NCBI GenBank assembly: GCA_040954595.2
Contig: CM082581.2
Span: 8,417,413 to 8,481,412 of the forward strand
DNA length: 64,000 nucleotides
Direction: 5' to 3'
Origin: Balanoglossus misakiensis
Taxonomy: Eukaryota; Animalia; Hemichordata
In this document: positions 38,198-50,300 of the stretch, one piece after another
Layout: every line of letters starts with the position of its first letter
Position numbering within the stretch: the stretch's first letter is position 1
Notes under the pieces: model-generated
The model's input: only the letters and a program-made list of their open reading frames with translations
What the model was told of the DNA's origin: nothing
Database searches by the model: none
Translations under genes and position numbers: made by a program

Positions 38198-41100
38198 CAT
38201 GTTGTTGAAGAAATGTTTCCCCATGGACTTTTTAACTCAGTTTGGTCTTCAACGAGTACAGTGAGCACTTGTTAAACGAAAATAATCATGTTATTTTTGT
38301 AAAACTGGATGACACATTTTATTTTTAAGTTTTAAAAGCTTAATCATCTGAAAGGGCTTTTTATGGTCAAATAGGTATGATCGTTATCAATGCGCACAAT
38401 GGGGGAGATTAGTCAAAAGACGAGACATGGCAACGCCCAAGCCTGTACACTAATCCAGATGATGATGTTTCTGACAACCTCCAGGCATGAATTTGAACCA
38501 GATATACCTGGCAACAAAGTAATTTACAGTAGGTAAGCGTCAGGGTACACGAAATTTTACAGAACTAAATCGTGCAGTTTGCTATAAAACTCCGAGGCCC
38601 GCAGCCATAACATATAATTAACAGCACAGTCCAACAAAGTCCACTGATAAAACGCGTCTAGTTTACAAGTAAATATAACAGTTTGAAACGGTTATACGAC
38701 GCTGCCCTGATGTAATTGCACAAGACAAGGCTATTAAGCAGCACCTTGGCGATAGTACGGTTATGTGTGCCCGAGTTTTGGTAGGCATGATATGCATATT
38801 ATTTGCACATTTATCATAATTAGGCGCGTATTAAAATTATACACTGAATGTGAAAACACACAAAACTCAAAGATCTATTTATAATTATAGACGGAGAAAC
38901 TTTTCGCAGGTTTTGTTGTACTGAATGGCCCTTTTGTATACTTGATCAATTATTGTCATTTCGCCATGCATCAAAACTGACTGTGCTGAATTTGACTGAA
39001 CTTCAGAGACACGTTGGTCGTAACAACATCTGCTAGTATTAGCGAACTGTTTGAAAACACAATATATTCACATCATTCTTGTTTACAGTTTAACATTATC
39101 ATTTCTATTCGTGCTTTAATTTTATACAAGTAAATGTTAAAGTTATTTTTATGACAAGTGAAAGCAATTAGCTGAATTCTGTAAAACGACAAATGTACGA
39201 TTTAGCAACCCCTGCCTTTTAACTATATTTACAAATTTCAATTCTGGTTAGATGTGTAAAACATATAGTCCTTTGACGGCAGAACTGTCTTATTGTACCG
39301 TTATATACGGTATTCACATTAAAGCAGTCTTTATTGTACTGTGTTTAGTTTGGGTCCAATTATCCATTGTCGTCTGTGCCTTGTTTGGTTTCCACATCTT
39401 AATTTCTCCCAAAAATAGATTCGTAAGCGGGTCGAAAAAGCACCAAATACATGAAATTGCTACCATAAAAAAATAATTGGCAATTTGAAAACCAATTTTG
39501 AATTTTCAAAGCCGGGTGAGCGGGAAGCTAAGTCTTTAAATATCAGTTGCCAATTTATTGGCAGAGTTGCCTCGAGCGCATACAAGATGGCGGCCAACGA
39601 CCAGGGTGGCTTGCTGATGCGAGCAACATTAGAATTTGCAGCAACTTCTCAGATGAGACTTTTGGGGATCACGGAGCTGCATTTGTGGCACTGAAACTGG
39701 TTGTGGGCTTTGTGAGATGCAAATGACTGCTTGCGACAGCAGGCACAACCTGCCAAAAAAACCTTGTGAGCTGCAGCTCATCTGGACGACAGATCACGAT
39801 GTTCCATCTAAAATATCGACAATTCATGCAATAATAAATAACTGTAATGTACAAAATCTAGGAATACACTGAACATTGCTGACAGTTTCCAGACACAACA
39901 AAACGATAAAATTAGTCTGTTGTATCAACGCTTGTGTTTATATTTTAAGAAAACAAGACACCAATATGTTTCCAAAAAGACTCGTCACCCATTTGTGGCA
40001 AAGAACTGAAAGATGTGGGACTACCACTTTACTAATAATCGCTCCCTGAGGCATACACGACATTAAACAATGAACTTTCTAAGTTGTTTTCCAGAGCTGA
40101 CCAACAGCATTCTGGGTATCAACTTGATGCTAGGATGAAACCTGTGACATGCATTACCTTTTATCTACAGTTCACACAGACCCAGAGAAAGGCCACGTGG
40201 TACATGCCCACGCCTTAGCATGCAAGGGAAGCTTCTAACAGACAGCTTACCAACATGGGGACACGTAGCAAGTTTGCATAATCCGGTTTTGTTTTTGTTT
40301 ACTTCCCCAAAACTGCTAATTTTGGAAAGCGTATATTTAAAAAAAAACCATTTTGCCTGGGGGCTGTTGAGCGCCAGGCGTTTCCAGTTAACCTTAAGCT
40401 AATGACGGCCATGGGTACATGTAAGTGTAACAATTGGTGAAAGAACCAACAAGGTGTGTGTACGTGTGTATGGGGGGGGGGCTGATATGGCCACCCATTG
40501 TGATGATACATCATAAAACTAAAAATAGGGTTAAATTAAAAGCTGGACTGTCACAGATGCACACGATGTCAGACAGCAGACTGTCGGAGGGCAATAAAAC
40601 ACAAAACATCATCTGTGTTTGGTTTTTACTTTCTGGTGTATTTCCATCCCTATTCACACAGGGCTCTAACACATCTGTGTGCCGATTATCAGACTTGACT
40701 TGTTGCAGTACCAAATAAAACAGGAAAAATCACTCTCCGTCCAATAAATGTTCGCCCCGGGGGCACAGCTGTCTGAGCTCAACTGTAAATAGATGCAAAC
40801 TGGTGCTAGCATCAAGGTAAAAATATCACGCGATCTCTCACAGTAATATGTACATCCATTTTATTAAGATGGTCAGCATTACCTAATTCTGCCATCACAG
40901 TTTTTAAGTTGATCTTTTCTTAATCCCCTAGTGGATTTGCGATTCACGAATAAATGCACATATATGTACAATATTTGCTATTTATAATGAACTTTACTTC
41001 AGTTTCATTTTAGGCAATTCGCAAGTTTTTTTTATATAAAAGACTATTTCAATGTACACTTCATCTCAGATGGTACATGTATAGTCAGATACGAGAGAGC

Positions 41101-41336
41101 ACACAACAAAATGGCGCAGCAGAGACCTCAAGACAGACCCACAATGCATTATTTGACACTGCCTGATAATGAAAGATTACACCCTGGAGTCACACATCCC
41201 AGCTCTGGTATCTTTTTTTTGGTGGCACCCTTCTCCGACGATCCCTCCAACCTAAAATTAGCTCCAATCATGGCAGGTTTCCACGGCGACTGGGCCGGGC
41301 TTCTACCATCACTTCTGCCAGGGTTACTCTGGCGGT

Positions 41337-44300
41337 TCATCCCCGGTCACATATCACTTCGATGACCTGCGAATACAAAACAACAGAGCAATGAATTCAG
41401 CTTAATTTTAGAACGCGATGCAGGCGACCCATCTCAGTATGAGGGTGGTACCATCCCCTGGTATAGAATCGCCCACTCTGTGTGTCTTGCTCCCTAGAGA
41501 TTTCGCTTCCATGTTTCACTCTGTCATGTGACCAAAGACAAAGGCAAATGTCACAAGGACAACTGACCCTGTACAATCTCCACACTCCTTCCCACGTGAC
41601 CATTTCTGGCATACACTATACTCAGCTCAAATAGATAGATCAAACTGATAACTGAGGACATTGTAAATAAAGTGTAGTAACTGCAATATGGCAGCAGTTA
41701 AAACACTGATACGACATGAAGATCACCAGATGGAAGGTTTCCATCGCATACAATTATAGCTATCATTATAAGTCCATTAACACAAGCGGTACACAATATG
41801 GAGGGAAAAAGATTTGCCAAGGATATCGTCCTTTGTTACCCTGCGAACTCTGGCGCAGTGACATTTGGGGGGGGGGGGGCATTCACTCCGCAAAATGTTT
41901 GATATTGGCAGGAAAGATGCTGTTCAGAGTTTCCCTGCGTGTATTAAGTCCTCTTGATGTTTTGTGGAAATACCAAAAATACCCAGGTACCATACTTGGC
42001 AGTAAATTCCTGCATGATGTCATAGGTCATCAGTGGGTCATGGTTCAAAGGTTTTTAAACATTTCAACTAACATACTAATTACAAACATGGTGCAGGTAA
42101 TATGTAGTGCCACCTTAAAACCAGTTGTGTAATTACAGAGGTGTTAATCAAGGCTGTAGGCGACAGATGTCGATTTGACTGAGATTATCCAACAATGCAT
42201 GATCGAATGACATGTACAAAATTAATGCACAAAAACTTTGGGCAAAAACCCATTTACTTAAACATATTACAATTGCATGGAAGATAGTTGTGCCAAAATG
42301 GGATAAAACTTGTGTTTAAATTCACAAAACAGTGAGTTGGTCAGTCTTTTTCAACATGACAAAAAAACCTTCAAGCCGGTGTGTTGACTCAGATTTTTCT
42401 GCAGTCAAGCAGACATGCTGATTTCTGGAGGAGCGGAGAATGAATTTCCCACCGAAATTTGGGTCACTTTATACCAAAATCCGCAGTATTTGGGATGGAC
42501 AATCACCCTGGATGGAAATGGGTGTCTATTTTTATCATCGCTCTGGTAATTGAAAAGTGTAATGACAACATGATTTATTGGGATGGTGGGTAGGGTCCCC
42601 AACATTTTCTTTCTAATTTATTAAATTTTATTTTGGGATTGGAGTTTTTTACTGGTACCGATATCCAACTACGCAATTCACCGGCATATTCGGAGATGGC
42701 TGCGACATTCCACGCAACAGGTGTCAAAAACTTGGGAGACATTCCCAAACATTTTCTGCCCAACATGAAATCTTGCCACCTCTAAACACTGAACAATATC
42801 AGTAATTTCCCCGATCCTCACACTCGCAATCACAGAAGACTGAAATTCGCAAATATTTCGCAAAGTAGAATATGTTGGTCTGCGTTTTTGTGTTGAACAA
42901 CAGATCTGGTGGAAAGCACATCCAATACTGGGAGCCCTTCATTCTGTTTTTTTTTTTGGCAAACGCCATTTTATGATTAACAACATCAGAACTCGAGACT
43001 AAACGTGTTGCGAGAACATTATTTTTAAATTCATGAGAATTATGGCCCTTTTGGCAGCCACTTGCTTCATGTAATCCGCATTAAGTGGTCTCTGCATACA
43101 GAAAAGAGTCATGAAACGTATAAACAGAGCGCCAAATCTGTTTACACAGGATTTAATGTCACCATTCGGTTTTGCTGGCCTCTCGTCACAGAACAGTTTA
43201 AACATACAGTAAGCTTCACGACATGAAGTATATATTTTTTTCAAAATATTAGACTTTGTTTCGTATATTTTGAAGTGTTGATTTTGGTTTCTATCATGTC
43301 ATCAATCATATTGAAGCAGCTGATCCTCTCTGAAAGTTGAGTATTACCATGCTTTTGAGAAATTTTCACAGCGAGAGTTTGGTGGGGAAAGTGTCCATTT
43401 ATGACTAAGAATCACACATTCATTGAAAAAGCTGCGCTTTGTTTGGGGTTTTCAGCTTACAGCCATGATGATCATTTGTATTTTAATCGTGATAGGTTAC
43501 CCTTTGGGAGCTGATCATACAAAGGACATCAGCGTTACGATTTTATTCAGGAAATCTGCAACAGCTGGCCCAGATTATTGAGCACATCAAGTTCACTGGT
43601 TTACCCCAGTCAACAATTTTTTATAATTATTTTTGCATTTCGGGTTGAATTTCTACTTGACTACAGTGAACGCAATTGTGTGAAATCGGAAACCGCAAGT
43701 ATTGTAAGATACAATTATATGCAACCACTAAAAGTTAAACTTTTGACAAGCTGTTGCTTAAGGTATCACATTTTCAACAATTTATTGTAATTTTGTCGAA
43801 TAACAATCTTGCATTACATATGTATGAGTATGGATTATGTATTTATAAGTGTTGATAACAAAATTATAACTATAATCAAATCATGTATATCTGTAGAATA
43901 CTTTCTATTTAAAAAAATGCATTTTTTCTGTCATAGAACTACACCACTCACTGATCCTGAGGAGGGGAACAGAATGAATTTCACAGTAATCCTAAAAAGG
44001 CAGAAATTACTTACACTGGAATCCATCAACACAGGCGAGATACATCGATGAACAGCACTACCCACTATCTCATCCAGTAAGAAGTGGACCAAACTGAGAA
44101 AGAAAGATAAATAAGAGAAAAGTGACAATGAGACCAAAATCATCATCTTTTAGACAACATTTGCATTTTATGGTGAGAAGCACTTTTAGACGGCACAACT
44201 TGCATTCTAAGCTGTATACCACATACTTTTAGATACAGACGCAGGCATCGTTATTAATATCTAACAGCTACCAGTAATGCATACTTCATTGCTTGAAGTC

Positions 44301-47300
44301 AAGTTATATAATTCAATCATGAACTGTGTGTATGATGTTTTAATGATAGAGTTCAAAAATGAGCATATTTGTCTTCAAGCATACTCCATGGTGTGTCATG
44401 GTTGACCAGATTGTCATGTGACTACAATGACTATTTTCCTAGGGAAATAGTCACATCAACTATTACACGGTCACATGATCTGGGCACGTTCTTGCTTTGG
44501 CAAGGCAATGTGGGAGGTGTCATCTGCACAAATGTCAATAGATGGTCACGACTTGTTACATCTAGAAAAAAGTCTACCAGCAGAAATATCAACTCAATGT
44601 AGGGACCAGTGAATTTGCGAAGGTTTTCGTATCCTGCTAATTCTGTCTCAACGATGCGACAAACTGTCACCCTATCTGGAGAGAAGGCAACTGGGAGCAA
44701 AAAAAAAAAAATTCAAACCAGTAATGGCATAATTTACCATCACGATAAGTTTAGGGGTATTTATGTTCTAAACCTGGATAGCACGAATGACTTTTTGTTT
44801 GCTGCCACTGCACGTTTAGTCATGTCTTTATTTGGATTTCATAGAATATTTTATACTGCCAACAGTCCTATACTGGGAAATGATTGGGCCATATTACAGA
44901 CTGCAGCAAAATACAACTGAAAAGCCATTAGTCTGAACAAACGATTAACAGTCCAAAGAGGGCGTTACAGTTCTACCACAGTTCTCAATTTGTTTTATCT
45001 TTGCCAACAGACGACAGACATGACTGGGTATAATGGATTGGTTACGATCCTGTATGTCAACATGATTAGGTACCACAGTCAAATGGTCATGTTTGTTTTG
45101 AATGAGTCAATCAGTATCACGTGTGATTTGAATCAGCCAATCAAAGCCATGCTGGATTTGAATGAGCCAATCGCAAGCACGAAAGGCAACCGTGTTGGCC
45201 GTGTTTGATTTGGAATAAAACCTTATAACACGACTTGATCAATTGGCAACAGAGCAAACAATCAGACACGCAGTAAAGTACATCTCAAAATAGTAGTGGG
45301 GTTCATATATTTCAGATATAACTTACATTTCCCCATTTAAAATGATAACTACATAATTACATTTATTACATTAGCAGTAGTGCATGATGATGAAGCTTAT
45401 ACTCTAACAACAGGCTTTACTCGCTGTATAATCATCATATCTGATGTAAGCTTACTCCTAACTGTTATTCTATCGCCATATTAAATTTATCTTCCGATGA
45501 AATCTGTGGCTGTCATAACAATAATAATGAGAGTTTATACAGCCATCTCATTCGCACATAAGGCGATTTACACTTGTTTTCCATATGTACCACCACATCC
45601 TAGACTGTGCTATAAATTTGAGAATGCAAAGACGAAAACTGGTCAAACAGGAGCCTGTTTTGCAGCTCACGAAACTGCACAAGACAGACAAGTCTCCCGT
45701 TATTCACTGTAATTAGCATATAATGATGGGAACATCTGGTACAACACAAAAACGAATATAGGGTCTCGCTTCCCTGAGTCTACAGGCCAGATGACTGTGA
45801 CAGTGGTTAAACACCCCGAGTTTATCTCTCAAACCCAACGCAAACACGGCCACCATAAATCCAATCACACAGTCCCTCCACACAAGAGCCCCATGATCCA
45901 CTTCTCAGGGTGGCCGTACCAGCCAACACTTGCTATCTATCATCCTGTGTATTGTTAATCTAGTTTAATCCCCACTCCATGCATGCTTATTATTATTATT
46001 ACATAATCCCCTGTCACAGATGTTCACATGAGTTTCAATAACTATTTAATGTTTCCAGCCAAGCCACAAGACGGACACCAGCAAAACTAACATGAATTTT
46101 CAGCTGTGTGGCACCACTGAATACAAACATCTGAAAACCATGATGTCCACTTACTTTTCGTCTGACACAAATCTCCAAAGATACAATTGAAGATAGTGAG
46201 TGTCCACCTGTATTTGCTGCAGTCCAAATCGACCAAACGTACGGAGTCTAACACACTCTAGGAACGTCTGAAAAAAAATAGAACAAAAAATACATTTAGA
46301 TTTCAGGAAACCAATGATTGGTGCGTTGTTTTTGGTGTGTATATGTGCATATTATTTTGGATGCCTTCAAAACAAACAAAAGGAATACAGAAAACCTATT
46401 TTCAAATTTTATAAATATTTTCCAACCTACTGAGCATTGAATTGAAACCACATATTCTTTCAACTCGTCCTAACATTCTACATTTACATTTTTAATTATC
46501 AGAATTTTCACAAGTGTGCCAAGAGTTTTTCAAACAAGAGGGAACCACATTCGTGCATTTCAAACCAGCTATGACCAGTTTCAGCAGCTGGAAAACGGGC
46601 AAGGCCAGTTTGAGAGGTTACCGTCTGGTTGTCGCCAGTTTCAGGAGTTTCACACGGGATACAACCAGCTATCTCCTCATAAAAGGCTCTACATGCCTAT
46701 TCACAAGCTGTGTTTTAATTGACAGCATTAGACATGTTTTGGATTCACAATACAAAACTGAGACATCTTTGCTGATGTTGCATCACTAAATATTCAATAT
46801 TCAAAAATTTTCATCTCAACAACTTGTATTTCTTTTTCTATTGAAAGAAATAGAATCTCAAATATATATTGAGTATTCCCTGATATTATAAATAATATCA
46901 TCACATGTTTCCCTTGTAAAGCGTAACTATCCTTTTCCCAACAACACTATCATATTATCTTTTAGCTTTTGCACATCCAACATCTGATATATTGGTTATG
47001 ACTGTGTGAATAGGTACATGCTATTCAATAAAAATACCAAACGATTGTCTCTGAAGAATAAAAAATGTACAATTCGAATCTAAAGAACTCAGCAACTGAT
47101 ATTATCATTTGCTGAGACACGTCTAATCTTGTTTCCATCCAATAAAGGTGACAATGTTTGATTTCAGTGGGAAAAATATCGGGAATTGAATTGCATTGTG
47201 CTGTAGAAGACAAACAATACAAGAGCAGATAATTACATTAGTAAAAGAACAAAGGTTCTCATATCATGTATGGGATGGGAAACTTGTTTGTATTTCAGCT

Positions 47301-50300
47301 TTACTAACACAAAGCGGTCCATGCAGACATTAACACAAAAGATATCCAGGACCTGTCATGTCTATTTCTGTCTATTTCACACAATGGTAGCCGTTTTAAT
47401 ACAAAATTTAAAAAATCCACAGATACATTTCTTCTGAAGAGGTCCAACTTAACCATAGAAAACAATGGATTTGGAGAAAACTATGGTGGTGAAAGGGCTA
47501 ATGGGTGGGGATGTTCTTTTCATCAGACCTAAATGCGTGTGTAAATGAAAGCAAGAGAGAGAGAGAGCTGGCTTTACTTGGTGTTTTTTTGTTTTAATAC
47601 ATTTAATTCTTATTTCGTCAACTACAGGTCCGTCTACTCTCTCTCTTCGAAGCATGCGGAAACATCCAGTGAGAAGACCTACACTGGAGTGAATTGTCAC
47701 ATGACGCCCACTGCTATGGTGACCCATGTCACCTGACACCGAAGAAGTCAGGTGACAGAGACACAAAGACGAGTGGAGGAACACTAAGCTTTCATGTCAA
47801 ACTAATAAACTAACAAGATGCTCCTCCAGGCAATTAAACAGATATTGGTTTGTCTTCCCACAGAAAACAACAAACATCACTGGTTTGACCTCTATTAACC
47901 TCTGACTTTTGTAACTTTGCGATCGTCCCATTGAACGTCTGCTGTCACAAAATGGTCAGTTGTCAACCTCTACAGCTGTTAGTGTTATGTGGCATCATTA
48001 AATGCGCGAGGTAATTCGCCAGAGATGCTAAAGCATGGTGCAGTCTTTTGTTCTGCGAATGACTTTCTGTCACAGTTGGCCCTTCTTTGTCGTATCAGCT
48101 GCACACATGGTGCAACGTACACATGGCACTAATCAATTTATCATTGTGTTTTTTTATTATTCTGTGCTCCACGAACTTTCATGATGTTCAAGGTCATTAA
48201 ATGAATATTTTAGATAAAAAAAATTGTTTTCTACCCTTGTTTCAGGCTATGAACACATGAAAACTGATTAGAGCTATTCTTATCAGTGGCTCCGTCTTAT
48301 GACAATTGGTTGTAGCTTAGAAGGCACACCCAATCAGATACAGGAGCCTGGGATCAGTGATCTGCAGAGCCCAGAGTATTGGCACAGCGAACACCGCATC
48401 AAAGACGCGCCGCACCACGCATACAAGCGTATTTCTGGGTTTGAATCATTAAACTATATAAATATTTGATTCATTCAGCAATTGGGTCAGACCCTGAGGT
48501 ATTTTAGAAAACCTATTTTCCCTAATGGCCAAAATAAAGTCCTGTGTCCAACTGAGGAAAAAAATAAAAATAAAAATAATAATTCATTCAGTTCACACAC
48601 TGAATCAGGTTATTTTATGTACAAGATGCTGCCACTGCAAATTTTTTTTTTACTTTAGTCTAGATTCTTAGATAATATATTCATGTGTCCAATACCTCCA
48701 TTGTGAACCTTGCAGACCTGTTACGTCCACTGCATACCAGAAATACAGTATCTGAGAGTGTATCTCCAGAAATACTGGAAATAAAGGTCATTTAACCCTC
48801 TCATGCTATGTTGGTTTGGTTCAAATGGGTTGCTTTCTATGGTATGGTTGGACCCCTACACACTGAAACACGGGGTGAAAGAGTCATCTCTGCCAATGCA
48901 CAGCTGTATTTTAAAGTCTACCAGTCTTTGCTCCGTATGAGATAAAAATAGCTTAAGCGCGGCAACCACATTTTGCATGCAATTTCGGTGTGGTTTGAAC
49001 TTTTACCTAAATGCCATGTTCTACCGTGGGAGAGAGTCGATGGAAAAAAAATGAACTTCAAAGGCAGACATGTATAAAATCTAACTCTTGTCACGAAAAA
49101 AGCAAGTCAAAACAGATGCAACATATAATTTGCATTGTTAGGGTAAAACAAAGGTATTCATTAGAGAATAATATAAATTTCCGGATAATTCAAGGATTAA
49201 ATTCCTTGATTTATTGAATGTAAATTGTTTTGTGAAATGCAAAAAAAAAATATTCAGATAAAGCAAATGCTGTACATGTATATACAAAAATATGTAAATG
49301 GGAAAAAATATGTAAATGATGGGTACGTAGATATTATAATTTACAATTTGATACCCATTGCTGTAAATCATTCATCTTTCTCTTAAATAATGATCGTTTT
49401 ATTTCGGGGTTTGACCTTTGGGTTTCATATTCACTGAAATAGCCAAGTGACAGTCTCTGACAGTCAACAGCTCAATACTTATTGGATTTTCAGAAGAAAA
49501 AAATTAAACATACTGTGGTAGAGAGCTACAAAGAACCTTTTATCAACAATATTTGGGTTAATAATGCTGGTGGTAAGTCCTGGTGGTAAATTAAGCTACC
49601 TCATCTCAAATTTTTAGCAACAAAGTTAACGGTTTACCGTTTAGCTTATTTTTGGCATGGCATGAAGATTGATTATAGAACGGGTCAGTTTTATGATGGA
49701 GACCCCACCCAACCAGCCCCAACATCTAAACACACACATAACCCCCCCCCCCCTCCCAATACACACAAGAAAGCCTATAATGAACAGTCAAACCCTGTGA
49801 TGTGTTTCACTGCAAGGGCAGGCTTAGAGTACCAAAACCCTGGATTCATGAGTCATAGTTAGTTACAACTGCTGGAATAGTCATTCCGGCTCTGGGGATT
49901 GTGTGACTCACGAGGTTTGGTGAGGCCATAACAAAGGCCTCTTAGGCTCTTGTCGTTCTTGAAAAACATAACTGTCTAAACCTGAACTATATTAACTATC
50001 TTGTTCTTTGGACTTGGTTCTTGAAAGAGACATGAAACGGAAACTACTTGGGACTGAAATCAACATAGAAGTTTGACCCTGAGGAACAGCGCCCCCATAC
50101 AGCAGGTCTTACACTGCAGCAATATGTGTACTGCAGTATGGGATCAGAACAGAAACAAAACTACCGGTATGCCGAGATTGTTCTTGTGAGGGCGCCATAG
50201 CCCAAGCACAAAAATACTGGCAAAAGATTTGAAAATAATGTGATCTCTTGAGCAAGTAGAATCACACTGGCAGCTGTACAAGCCATAAATAACGCCAGAC

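Noticed and set aside
43338-43360. TGAGTATTAC, resembling the miR-12 5' end
   Set aside because: Only 10 nt match and the motif lies in the loop of a short stem, not on a pre-miRNA arm.
45097-46690. 30-bp periodic repeats as CRISPR-like arrays
   Set aside because: Eukaryotic intron context, only 3-4 degenerate units, no cas genes.
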